Shown here: positions 25,000 to 37,908 of the stretch, piece by piece
Numbering within the stretch: position 1 is the first letter of the stretch
Layout of the letters: each line of letters opens with the position of its first letter
Assembly (NCBI GenBank): GCA_973895155.1
Contig: OZ316898.1
Span: 17,288,752-17,352,751 of the forward strand
Source of the DNA: Marsupella aquatica
Taxonomy: Eukaryota; Plantae; Marchantiophyta
Reading direction: 5' to 3'
DNA length: 64,000 nt
Made by a program: the position numbers and the translations under genes
The notes under the pieces: model-generated
Databases searched by the model: none
Told to the model about the DNA's origin: nothing
Seen by the model: the letters and a program-made list of their open reading frames with translations, nothing else

Positions 25000-27900
25000 T
25001 GAACGGTAATAATCTTGGACCATTCTCGATGCTTTTCCATGATTGTGTTTCTTGTTTTCTTTGGATCACCTCAATCCCAATCCATTCCGAAGTCCGCCAT
25101 GCTGCGCGAGGGTGGACGTCGGAAAATACAGCCAGAAAACAGAAGCTGCCGTAGTCGTTTGAATTTATATTACATGCCTTGGATCTCGTCGATGAAGATA
25201 AGTTTCTCTCAAGCTCGTCATTGCTGTTGTGTAGTAGCAAGTTCTCCTCCGTTGTACATTTTTTCTTAAACTCCGGTGGAGAAACGGATACAATGTCACT
25301 TCTCAGACCTCTAAATTCAAGGAGCAACATTTGCTGAGCAGGCTATATCGAGTGAAGACCAATTCAAGGTCGGTCTCTCAGCTCAAAATCAATGTGTTTT
25401 GAATCAAAAGAGGTTTTAAATTGGAAAGGCGGAGAAGAGGGAGAGGACGGACGCTGCAGTAACTTGTGACGAAGCTTAACAAGTAACCGCGATCGCTTGG
25501 TTTTACGGTATTGAAAGCTCGTTTCAGGATATTGTGTCGACATATCTGCCAAAGCGGACGACGACATCGTCAAGGTCAACAATCACGCAGTCAGTTGCAT
25601 GTGGAACTGAATTCTTGGATATCTCGCGTGTCTTTGCTGCTGCTCACGCCAACGTCGAAAGATCTCGCTGGTATGAAATGAATGTTGTATTTGCGCGCAT
25701 GCTCGGATGCTTCAGTTCATCGACGGAACTGCAGGCTTGTCCTTCGTTGCAATTTCAATTTCTTCAAATTTCTTGGAAGTACTCTCTGCCGTTTCAGTGT
25801 TGCAATGTGTTCATCACTTGTACAACAGCTAATGCCCAAGGGCTGAAAAGCAGCCGCTGCAGAGCTCGCCACCGAGAGGGAACGTCACTAGGTGCAGACA
25901 GAGTCGGGAACAGAGTATGTTTGGTCCACCTGCGAAGGACGTTAAAAAACCTGGCTGTGGACTGAATTGATCAGTATTACCAGCACCGGCTATTGGATTC
26001 CAATCCAAGTCACGATGAGTCTCAAACACTCATGATCTCAGCTAATTTGGTCAAGTAATCCTCGTGCAATGATCACCTCCATGTTCTGTCACTTACAGCT
26101 TCTTTACACATACGCATTCAAGAGATATGTTCCTTTCCTTCACTGTAAGAACTCACTCAACATAAATTGTATATTCTGGATTTTCACGTTATGCAAATTA
26201 GTGAGACGTGACAAGAAGTCTAACCCAACAATGAACACTTGTGCAGATTTGAAGACCTGAAGCATCAGTGGAAGAAGAGAACGTGACAATATATCGGATT
26301 CTTGAACAATCAAGCACTCAGATACTTGAACGGCGGTGCATGTCCGCGCCGCTGGTTCTCCTGTGATATTGGAGAGGACTTTTCTGGAAAGTTGATTTAT
26401 CAATTGCTTCTGGGCCACCATTTCAGTGCGCCTTACCATGTAATGTATGACCAGTTGAGAGGGAGACAATTCAAGATTGACAATCAAGAACATACTCCTC
26501 GAGAACATTCGTGTCCGACGGATAGTTAGCTTTAGCTGCGAGCTTGTTCCGTGCAAGTCGCAGAAGAGGCATTTGCACGTCGATTGACTTCTTGTCCAAA
26601 ATCGCGTATTTCTGCTCTCTTTTTTTGTGACATTTGTGGATTCTTTCTGCATCCACCACTGCCCGTTGTCTCTACCTCGCTCCCAATTCTCCAGACGATG
26701 AACTCTCTGGCGCCCTTAAATTATGTGATCCGGAACGGCTAGGCTCGTGGATCGGTCGATTACATGAGTCTGACAATTGCGAATCACCTGAGGGGAATCA
26801 AGAGAGTCCCTTATCTGCAGAATGGGGAACAAGGCAGAGAACGAGAGGGCAATTGTGGTTACCGGAAGAACCAACAAACCTCACCAAACAAGTTCAACCG
26901 TGATTTCAGACAACTAGTCTGACCCTAAGGATGTGGAAATGAATTCGTTCCTTTCGACGCACAATCTGGGCTAGTTATATTGTAGGTTTAAGAAACTTGT
27001 CAATTTTCTCACAATGAGACCAAAGATTTTCCGATAATTCGGTTTTGATCAACAGTAGGAAATTTTATCGATAGGATATCCGCCCCAGAAAAACTACCCA
27101 CCATGCTGTGTCCCGCCCCTTCTTTGGCGGTTAGACATCCTTCGACGAAAGAGTGGTATTTCAAGAGATTATGTTAAAAGATACTCACGGCTTCTCGACT
27201 TTGAGCATCCTGGTACTACAGGCTGGACAACTAACCTTATAATTGGAACTGTGCAGTATGTCCCTAAAAGGAATTTGAAACGACCTGCTGATTGGATTGT
27301 GCACATTGGAGCAATCCTACGCAAGTCCGCTTCGGTCCTATGCTTTTACGAAGTTTTCTCTTCCCCTGCTCGACTTGGAGACAGCTTCTCTCCATAACAA
27401 ACTTCTACTCTCCTGAGAATGGACTCAACGCTCAAGATCTTCTCCAACCTGTCATCGGGTTTTCAGCATTCTCTTGTAGCTACAGTAGTTTGTCAAAATG
27501 TGCTTGCGGAAATGGTGCTGACCTGTGAAGTTTTTGATATCTGGACAGCGAGAGATTTGTCCAATCATTTTCTTCAAAGTTTAAGCTCGCCCACATCCAC
27601 TTTCAAACTTGTTTTGCTTCGTCAATACATACACGTGTCACAAGAAACTGTGCCTGGGCAAATATCTATAGCATCGCCTCAGTCTACGTCTCAGTCTCAA
27701 CGGCAGAACCACAGAAACAAATCGTCCAAACAGTCCAATTGAAGACGATCCACATGTAGAAATGGCGTGATGCGTACCTCTTTTGTAGATCACTCTCGAG
27801 TTGAACATAAATTCCACCAGTGAGTGCAAAGACTCCTGCAGATGTGGGATTACTTGACCGAGGACTGAAATGCAGGAAGGCAATTGTGCGTTTATGGAAG

Positions 27901-28800
27901 AGGTGCTGTGATTCAAGCCAGGCCTGCTGGAGCTCGGATATGTTGCAGATGTGGGAGTACTTGACTGAGGACTGAAATGCAGGCAGGCAATTGTGCGTTT
28001 ATGGAAGAGGTGCTGTGATTCAAGCCAGGCCTGCTGGAGCTCGGATATGTTGTATAGTGATACTGCATCAAAGGTAGGTAGAATCCAAAACAGTAGCTTA
28101 TGGTCGTTAAAACGTTTATGGATCGATGGAGAGAATGCTTCTAAATTAGAAAAAACTCTGCAGGCTCGACCTTCAACAACATTTATATTTATGCCGTACG
28201 TCGAGCCAGTAGATTCTTCCATATTGCCAAAACTGTCATTGCGTAGTCTAGGGTTAATATAGAATCCAGACCTCATCATATCAGCAAATTAGAAGAACTG
28301 ATCGAATGTGAAATGGCCGTTCTTCTCATCGGCTGTTCACATTCTATCGACAGAGGTGCCAAAGTGAGATTTCTATGGAATGCCTGGTCTTGGGACTGAG
28401 GAACAATTTCACAAATGGATCTTCTGCTGGATGCTTTGGAAAGGAGACAATCCTTGATAGATTTCACTTTGAACCTGAATCATACCTCACAGTTTTTTCT
28501 AGTGGAAATCTCTCGTCATTCCGAGGAGAGTTCGTTCTACAGCATGAAAGAAAGATTAGATCGAGACAATGGACCATTGTTCAAAGTTGTTCCTTCACAA
28601 TGCCATCGGCTTTTCACATATGAGATCACAATATTTCTATTGACAGAGGTGCCAGAGTGAGATTTCTATGGGATGCCTGGTCCTGAACAGAGGTACAATT
28701 TCACCCCTCATATTTCTTCTGAGTGGAGAAATTTTGTCACCATGAGGAGAGTTCGCTCTACAACATGAAAGGAAGATAGATCGGGAACAATCGACCATTG
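25000..28800 (-). pseudogene. Second highly decayed coding relic, possibly Roco/TORNADO1-like
   Basis: Fragmentary minus-strand ORFs of 124-213 aa; weak motif echoes VFL-GGYP (~27080) and DCVIVDL (~25580); internal tandem duplications at 27825-28050 and 28340-28800. Confidence 0.22.
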
Positions 28801-29099
28801 TCCAAATTTGTTGGAGCAGAATATGTCACGAAAAGGTCTTACTATAAACCTTTTTTTTGGCCCGAAAAAAACATTTGAAATTCTTTCAAGAAGCCAGCAT
28901 ACAATATATATACCTTTTTTTTTTTCTCCTAAAAAAACAATTGAAATTTATTCAAGAAGCAAGCTACAATATAAACCTTACAATATAAACCTTTTTTTTT
29001 GTTGCCTGTTGACATTCATTCAAGAAGCCAGCATACAACAAGGGTGATCCACAAATGGGGTCAGCACCTGGGTCTCACAATAAACTTGACTATGGCTCC

Positions 29100-29665
29100 A
29101 GTACCTTTTGGCGGACTAAATTTGGTTCTTGTTTTGGAGGGTCTTGTGTCCCCGGTGCTTGTTCCTGTTCCTCTGGCTTGGTGGCTTTCGTTCCTGGCCT
29201 TGCTATACATTATCTCCTTTTCCAAAATATTCAATTTTAAATAAACTTGATGTAAGTCAACGAAAATTATGCTCCCATGGACCACAATGTTGGTCTTTGA
29301 AAACCCCCATAGACCACATTTCCCATTCCATTGTGAGGGCAATCCCATCCCACAGCAATAGCAAAAGTGCACTCACAATGAGATAGCTGTGGTGTTGCTT
29401 TTGGAGGGCCTTTGTGCCCCCCGGTGCTTGTTCCTGTTCCCCGGTGGTTTTCGCCCCTGGCCTTGCTATACATCATCTCCTTTTCCAAAAATATTCAATT
29501 TTAAATAAACTTGATGTAAGACAACTAAAATGATGCTCCCATGGACCACAATGTTGGTCTTTGAAAACCCCCATAGACCACATTTCCCATTCCATTGTGA
29601 GGGCAATCCCATCCCACAGCAATAGCAAAAGTGCCCTCACAATGAGATAGCTGTGGTGTTGCTGC
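29100..29665. repeat. ~265-bp near-perfect tandem duplication
   Basis: TGCTCCCATGGACCACAATGTTGGTCTTTGAAAACCCCCATAGACC... at ~29270 and ~29535. Confidence 0.9.
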
Positions 29666-29929
29666 TTACTTTACCCCCACTTGGACATGAGGTCATCAAT
29701 TGGTCTTTACACGATTCACCTTTGGTTTTCAAATGAAAGGCTCCATTGGTTGTAAGGAATCAAGGAGCATCAAGTATGTCACTGCAATGTTTTTGCCTTG
29801 AATCCCAAATCTGACCCATAGTGTTCTCTAGATATGACCCCCTTGTGGGCTACCCTAGTACAGAGGTGCATGCTCCAGAGTTGATAGTCTTCAATGGATC
29901 AGAACTGGCTTTCCATTTTAAATTAAAAA

Positions 29930-30290
29930 AATGATGGGGACAATCTCATGAATTCGGAAAAATAGTTGCTCCCATCCTTAGCACGTGGTTGGGTGGGGAC
30001 TAAATCAATGAATCTAGAGTGTCATGGCCTTGCATGAAACAGAGGAATATTTAGCTCCGTGAAAATTGACAGCGACTGGGATGTATTTTACAAATATTTT
30101 TAGTGGATCAGAAAAGGGATGTCCCCTTTAAAAGATTACATGGGGGACAATCTCATGAATTCGGAAAAATAGTTGCGCCAATCCTTAACACGTGGTTGGG
30201 TGGGGACTAAATCCAAAAAATCTAGAGAGTCATGTGTGAAGTGCAATGCATGAAACAAAGGAATATATTGCTCAGTGAAGATTAACAGCT
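29930..30290. repeat. Direct duplication of a ~140-bp block
   Basis: GGGGACAATCTCATGAATTCGGAAAAATAGTTGC...CACGTGGTTGGGTGGGGACTAAATC at ~29936 and ~30143. Confidence 0.85.
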
Positions 30291-33200
30291 ACAGTAGAAT
30301 TACATATTTAATTTGTTTTAAATGTGTGTGACATGCCATGATTGTACATGTGACATGGATTTGCAAAAGATTTCACATGGTGACAGTATCTCAACTAACA
30401 TGACTTTGGGACTAGCAATTTTGGCCTGATTCTAAGACCCATGTGAAGATACACATGCCATTTTTATTTTTTAGTTCACATGTAGGTGACAGCATCTCAG
30501 CTAACATTTAGGAATAGCAATTTGACCAGAATCTCAGACCCATCTGATTATCTGAAGGTCACACAGGTCAATCAGGAATATTGACATGTGTCCTTAGGAT
30601 TGTTTTGACTGTAGTTTTAACCTCCCTTAGTTTGCGCAGTTGTAGAGAGATTCCCAGCATGAACGACGGACCACTCAGTCAAATACGTTCCTAAAACTTG
30701 GTGGTTATTGTCTTGTCAAAGGAATGCCTTACTTTGAAAGCTTCAGTCTATTTCTCTTCAAACTTTTGTTCCTGTCTATTTTCTTTCTAATACACTTGAG
30801 TTCACAACATTTCCTGTCATGCAGAAACTTGTTTTGAAAAGGTTGCACCAAATTTGCTTTTAGTTGCCGTTTTACTTTCAAAATACTACTTCAGGCTAAT
30901 TTGTTCGCAACTGATGTGATCTTGATTGCTCTCCAATGGAAACATAAAAAAATATGTATACCACCATGAGTAACTGAAAGTAGGGAAAGGATTTAAGCTG
31001 GAGATTTGAAGTAAGATAGGCAAATAGAGTAGCTTACGGCACGCCAATTTTCATTTCCCCACTATAGATCTGCAAGCACCATATTCAGTCACCTGATAGT
31101 TTGAACATACTAGCCCCATGACCCCTTCCTTGAACATAATAATGAAAAATCTTGCACAATAAGATTCTATGCTATTTTGGTTAGTCAAGTTTTTTGGTCC
31201 AACCTCATTTAAAAATATGACCTTGTTAAATCTCATTATCAGTTTTGTCTGTATTGGGAGTTAAGGTGTAAAGCTTTCACTCTAGAACTAGGCCCTTAAG
31301 AGTAGACTTCAGTTGCAGCTTTTATAGTAAGATGTGGACTTGAAAAAAATTTGAATGAGGAGCATAGAAGGTACATGTGAAATATGACAGAAAAACTTAA
31401 AGTAGAGTATCTATTTTCTTTCTTTTTGGAATGCATGAATTAATGTACCTTGACGGGCCCTGCCTGTCAGATCTTTTTTACATAGCCATAGACAGGAGTC
31501 AGCGGTAGGTCAATTAGCTGTCTCTGTAGTAAATATATAAATTTCTGCCAAAAAACAAAGAGCACCTTACCTTGGGAGACAAGATACCAAAGGCAAGAAA
31601 CTCAATAATACCGGAGAAAACAACTGACAGAAAAACACCCAAGAAACCAAGGAGCCAAAAAGTCCAAGAGTCCCGAGTGATGGCAAAAGAATATATTCCT
31701 TAGATCGTATAGAAAGGTAACTATGGAAATGGGAAAGCATAATCTACACATGGATCTCACCGCCTAGCCGGGCCAAATAAGTGACTCAAGAGTCTGAAGA
31801 TTGGATTTGAGCTTGGCATGCATGATGTATAAATATTTTGCAATTGGTTAGTCACGTTGAAATTATAAAGTCACAAAAATATCCCAGAAAGAGGGCATGT
31901 CCCACGTTTAAATGATGAATTGATATCATGTTACAACACTAAAGTAGTACTCGACTTAGATTGTAGTGGCAAGTGCTGCCTACAAGAGCCCACTTTCCAA
32001 CCACTGCAGCTTATTGAGATATTTTAGTTTTGCATTTCTTTATGTATATAGTACTCCCCAGAAATGAGGGCTTTAGCTGAAGTTTTGAGGGGCTATCATC
32101 GCCAGGAATGCATTCTTACATATGAGGGCATTAATACACTTAAAGGCTTAAGAGATTTCTAATTAGCTTACTACTTGTAGTCAAAGTAAATGAGAAGTTT
32201 CATAATGGTGCTCCTATCCAAATCTAAAATTCTTCCATACAAAGCACCAGAAAGTACAAAGAGATAAACCATGGACCAAGGGCATTATGTTCTGCTAACA
32301 CACTCACACTACATCAGTTTTGGGGAGCCTCGTAGCCAGCTAATGTGGTCAGGGGTAACTTGTAACAAACAGGTCTCAAGGTCAATCCCAGTCAGTCCCT
32401 CTCCTGCAATGAACTCACTTCTAGCTTATTACCCGGTTACTTTATAAGCACAAGCTATGGTAAAAATTGTCTCAGTCTAGCAAGTTCAATGCGTATTGCA
32501 CCAGGCACAAGCTCTTGAGTTGTTGTTGTAACATTTATACAAAAAGTATAAAACATAAATCAGGAGAACGCATCCACCTTAAAAGAAAAGTTTGAACAGT
32601 GAAAGCTCACTGTTGCAAAGATGTGGTTCCTGTTTAACTACAGCCATCTGGGGTTGCCATCAACATGACTGCAGAAAGTTCCTGTCGTGGAATCAGATGC
32701 ATATATATATTGTAGCAACATTCAGAATCGCACAAGACTGGCAAAACATTGATACAATAATTCAGTTTACAAAGCATGGTCAACAAACATATCACCGATT
32801 GGTATAACATAGTCAAGTGCGGCAGCCAATGCTTGATGAGCAGCTCTTCAATTGTCTTCCTAAAACTGAGTGGCAACCCATGATGACAAAGGTACCATTG
32901 TTACAAAATTCCAATAATTGGGTTTCTGATTGTCAAAACCTCGACCCTTATTAATTTGTAGCCCCATTTCCAACCCTTGACATTGGGTTGGGTTTCTTTC
33001 TTTACTCCCTCCTCAACTACTGTAGCTCTGCATCCTCCGGGGTTGCTGTACCTCCCCCTGCCCAAGGGTGGGAGATGGTATTGATATTCATTAACTCAAG
33101 GGTGGTGACCGGGGTGGGACAACCATCCAATGATGAAAACTGGCAGGATGTTCACTGTCCATTGGATGGTTCAAAGCTAACCAGAGTTACTTTGCTCAAC

Positions 33201-34488
33201 CTGCCATGGAAGAGGTGGCAAATTAGTAATTAAACTGTTAAAACCAAAAAACATATAATTAAAAAAAGGTGTCAGTGGTGATGCAGAAAATCTCATTAAA
33301 CTAAAAATGTCAAAAAGTACATGATTCTACAAAAAGGAGTGACAATGTACAAGTCAATCTCATGGACAAATTTCCATGAACCTTCATCCAGAAAGGAGTG
33401 ACAATGTACAAGTCAATCTCATAGACAAATTTCCATGAACCTTCATCCAGAATCACAGCCCAGTTTGAACGGGCCCTAGTGTTGACCAGTGGTTCACTCA
33501 CTCAATCGTGGCCCGTTCAACCCTGTCAGTATGCATCTTCCAATCCATGCTCCAATTCAGGAGCAGCAGTATTCTGGACCTGCTGTAATAGAGTCAACAT
33601 AGGTGAAACCAGAATGCAAGCTTTCCCTTGTCACTTTTGTATGCTGTGACCATTGTCCTAGTATTTGAAAATGTGCACCCCCATGACTTCACCCTCTATG
33701 AGTGATGCGAGGCACAAGAAAATGGGCAGCATTGAATGGCAGGACCCCATACTTAGGCACTAAGAAATAGTTTTCCTAGGAACTCTCTCCAAAATCAAGG
33801 GCCCAGTCTTGACTTGCCCATTCAAGCATTGACGGGTGGTTCAGCCATGGAATCACAGACTTATGGCCCATTCAATCCTTAATATGTGATTGAGTCAAAA
33901 CAGGTAATACCAACATATGAGCTTTGTTTTGTCACTTCTGCCGTCACTATGCACTGGCCCTATCCGTCGGACAGCAAAATGAGTCAATATTAATAGGGCG
34001 TCTCAAAGCGTCATAGTTAAATAAAAATGATGGCTTTTGGCCATAAACAAATGGCCAGAATTTTTTCATAGGGTTATGTAAAATTGTTTTTTCATTAGCC
34101 TCTATGGTCATGGCATATAACCAATCTTTATAACAAATGGTAATTGAACATGTATGTCAAAACAGGGTCATAAGTGAGGTATGGCCAATGACATAAATGG
34201 TTTGATAGGCAGGACAGAAACCTTACCGGCTATCTATGTAGTGCCCCATAAGGATCAGACATCCAAAAAGTCACAACCAACCTTACTTAAAGCAGTGCTT
34301 AATTTCAATTGACACCCTCCAATAGGAGTTCAAACCTCTGAGTTTTGGCTCCACTCACAGATACACATGCTTTTTCCTGAAGTAAAGTGATTGACTTGCA
34401 AAAGCTTGTCCTACCACCTGTAATTGCAGTACATAAACTCACATTTTCAGGTTGGGGATCTTCTTAGGGGCCTGGTTTCTTCTCTTCC

Positions 34489-34824
34489 TGTTGAGCATAG
34501 ACGACATTCGTAACGGCAAACCCATGAACCATCCAACGCACAAGAGTCGACACAGAGAGATACGTGGTTCACCTCCACATGAGGCTACGTCCACGGGAAC
34601 ACACAAGAGCTTTACTGCACTCTAGGCCATACCAAGCATCCACAGCACAAGCTCTCCCTATATCTCAACTGGCTCCGTAACAATGAGCCTAAGTTCCACC
34701 AGGGTCTGGCATCAGCCCTGGCTATATGCACAATAGCACTACCGCTAACATTAGTTAAGTCCTAACCCAAGTTAGACTAACTGTGGTTAGCTCATGAGTC
34801 ACAAGACTAGAGCAATATCTAACA
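34489..34824. mobile_element. Solo LTR (family A), 336 bp
   Basis: TGTTGAGC...TCTAACA termini; TSD CTTCC/GTTCC with 1 mismatch; homologous to 10602-10944. Confidence 0.9.
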
Positions 34825-35231
34825 GTTCCGACCCATCATGCATGAATAAGTATAGGTTTTTAATTGGCTTTAGTGAAAGACTTTAAATCAAAGTTTTTGT
34901 TGAAGGATATTAATTCAGTTTTGAGAATTATAAGAATCATAGGGTTTTTTCTTGGGGGTTCACTTCCACAAAAATGGTGCATCACATGCGACAAAGGATA
35001 TTGTTGTTTTATTGGTTCTAACCTATAAGTTGATGGGCGTCTTGCATGTAGAAGGTCTTAAAAATTAGGCCCTTAAGTAGCTTTCTTAAACTGTTGGTAA
35101 AATGTGCATGGCAAATCTCCACATAATCTCCAAGACATACATGTTTCATTTGTTTTAATAGAAATTATTTAAATGTTAGGATGTGAAGGGCTGTAAACTT
35201 TTCGGCCTTGCCCTTGAATATGCTAAAACGC

Positions 35232-35415
35232 TGTCACTAGGCCCGCCTCAAGAGGGGTTGAGACATGAATGTCTCGTTCACTCATAGAGTATCATCAATC
35301 AGTCTAACTCAAGGGCCTATTTCGCTGTCACGAGGCCCGCCTCAAGAGGGGTTGAGACATGAATGTCTTGTTCACTCATAGAGTATCATCAATCAGTCTA
35401 ACTCAAGGGCCTATT
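35232..35415. repeat. ~96-bp tandem duplication
   Basis: GGCCCGCCTCAAGAGGGGTTGAGACATGAATGTC...AACTCAAGGGCCTATTT occurs twice. Confidence 0.9.
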
Positions 35416-36282
35416 TTTTTAGTCCCTTCTATATGCAAGACTGCTTTAATGGTCCATCAGATTAATTTTAACATTTGAGACACCCTATCTGATACCTTAC
35501 TTCATAGGCACCACTAAATGAGTTTCCCAAACCCTGTCCAGAATAAAGGTGGCTTTACAAAAAAATTGGTGGCAAATTCCTCTTTTTTTTTGTCTCCAAG
35601 ACATTATCAAGGCCATCCATTGGGGAGAAACTGTTGCTATTCACTTTACAAAACCTTGGGGGTGCTTTCAACCTAACTTGCTACCAATCCTACATGAGAT
35701 GGAGTGGGACCAATGTTTGCTTGTTTGGAGGACATTTTTGACCCAGATTTTAGACCACCTCTCTTGGAGGTCTCTTCTTCTTGGCAGCCCCTTGAATGCT
35801 CCATTCCTCTTTTGAATTATCTGCACTAAATGTGTACTGACAAGTCCGTCATATGATGGACAATTGTTAGAGCTAGAAAGACTCTAGCAAAAGAATACCC
35901 TGACATTCAAGTGGAATGGATCCCCAACCTGTATTTTAGCAAACAATTCAAGCATCACTTGTTCCATTTAGCTTAGCAAGACCTTTGGGGCCAATAAAAG
36001 GATCCAGCATTCTAGCATTTTTAGCCTGGCTGGTGTATGATATTCAGTGTGTGAAATGGACCTCCGCAGCCCTTTTTTTAGTGGCAAAGTTTTGCTAGAT
36101 TCCACCTCTCACAAAAGTCTTTGCTTGTTTTTTCCCCATTATTTAGCCAGTTTCCCACTTACTCACAAGCCTCATTAGCCAGAATTCAACCGTCATCCTT
36201 AAATCTAGGGAGATCTAAAGGTCAGAAAATAATTTGGGGATTTTGAATAATATTCCTAAGATATTCTCCTTGACACACACGT

Positions 36283-36490
36283 GAATGTCTATTCCATGAT
36301 GGACTGGTCCCCTTGTGGCTACCCTACATAGAATCGCAGCATGCTCCCAACGTCTATTCTCTGTTAGATGGGTCCCCTTGTGGCTATCCTACATAGAATC
36401 GCATGCTCTAGAGCAGAATGTCTATCCTCTCTTGGATGGGTCCCCTTGTGGCTACTCTACATAGAATCGCATACTCCAGAGGAGTACGTT
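36283..36490. repeat. ~66-bp tandem repeat x3
   Basis: GGTCCCCTTGTGGCTA(C/T)(C/T)CTACATAGAATCGCA occurs three times. Confidence 0.85.
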
Positions 36491-36569
36491 CCATACTGCT
36501 TTAGGCTTCCCCTCCCCCCCCCCAAAAAAAAAAGAAGAAGAAGAAGAAGAAGCTCACAAGTGGTCCCCA

Positions 36570-37100
36570 AGCAGCTTATTTTCTAAGTGCAAAATCAAGC
36601 CAATGTCCACCCTCCCCAAAAAGTGTTCGCACTTTTGGCTAACATTCGTTACATTTTTGTATCATGCCATTTGCCACTTTCCCACCTAATCATGGACCCC
36701 ATTTGCCAGAATGTCACGGGCATCGTAGGGATATTTGACCAAAAACATTATTTATCCTAGCATCTCCACCCTTAGAGCTGCTTGTAAGGGACAAGATGCT
36801 TCTAAGGGTCTGCTTCAGCATATTTTTTAAGGTTATTTTTAGCCAGTGTGGCAAATGTTTGCTTTTCTAAAGGAGGAGATTCTAGGAATATTCTATATCA
36901 GATGTTATTGAATTAAATCATGACCGTCAGATACCACTAGATTTAAGGAGGACCGTTAGATTCAGGCCACATGGGTCCAATGCTTTGGTGGAAGAGTGGC
37001 TAATGGTGTTTAAAAAATCTAGCAAATATTCGCCAAAAGTGGAGAACAGTTTTTGGGGAGGTGTAATTTGGTGAAAAGTCACACTTAAAAAATAAGTTGG
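36570..37100. repeat. Degenerate inverted pair of a ~220-bp repeat (other copies at 6595-6830 and 36100-36270)
   Basis: 36570-36780 is approximately the reverse complement of 36865-37100. Confidence 0.7.
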
Positions 37101-37149
37101 TCTGCTGCTAACATTTGCCCAAAATGAAGACAGACCTCTACGTTTGTCA

Positions 37150-37475
37150 AAATGCTCCCATGGATTTTTCCAACTCAGATAGACCCTCAGATAGACCCCA
37201 TTGTGCTCACAATGTGACAGAAGATTCCCAATTACTCCATCGCAATTGTATGGGTTTTGTCTACAAGGTCCATGGGAGCATCATTTTCAACATTAGCCAC
37301 ACTGGCTAAAAATTAAAAAATGCTCCCATGGATTTCTGCAACTCAGATAGACCCCCATTGTGCTCACAATGTGACAGAGAAGATTCCCAATTAGTCCATC
37401 GCAATTGTAAGGCTTTCGTCTACAAGGTCCATGGGAGCATCATTTTCAACATTAGCCACACTGGCTAAAAATTAC
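37150..37475. repeat. ~167-bp tandem duplication
   Basis: AAATGCTCCCATGGATT...CAAGGTCCATGGGAGCATCATTTTCAACATTAGCCACACTGGCTAAAA occurs twice. Confidence 0.85.
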
Positions 37476-37864
37476 AAAAACCTTAAAAAAATACTCCACA
37501 AGGCTTATAAAACCAGCCTCAAGGGCCCAGTCTTGACAAGCTTAGCGTTGACTGGTGGTTCACTCAGGCATTCGCGGCCAATTCAATGCGCTGATCGAGT
37601 CAACGTGATGGAACCCGAATGCGAGCTTGTTTCGCCATCTTCGCCTTGACAGTCGACAGATTTCCACAGATTTGCATTCACAGCTAGCCTTGGGTCCCGT
37701 CATCTCATCTCGTAGTAGTACCAAGCTACTCCTGCACGGGAAACAAACTTTCTCCCAGAGCAGTGTCGCCTGGTCGGTCATTCGCTCTCCACCGAATCCT
37801 CAGCTTTCCAGCTAGCCTCTCGAATAGCAAGGCTACATATGATGAAATCGAATTGCTGCCCATG

Positions 37865-37868
<4 letters not shown>

Positions 37869-37906
<38 letters not shown>
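37869..37906. repeat. (TC)19 microsatellite
   Basis: Read directly from the sequence. Confidence 0.95.

Positions 37907-37908
<2 letters not shown>

Noticed and set aside
35480-36000. Possible transposase fragment (also 12450-13140)
   Set aside because: Coding-like but too degraded to assign any motif by eye.
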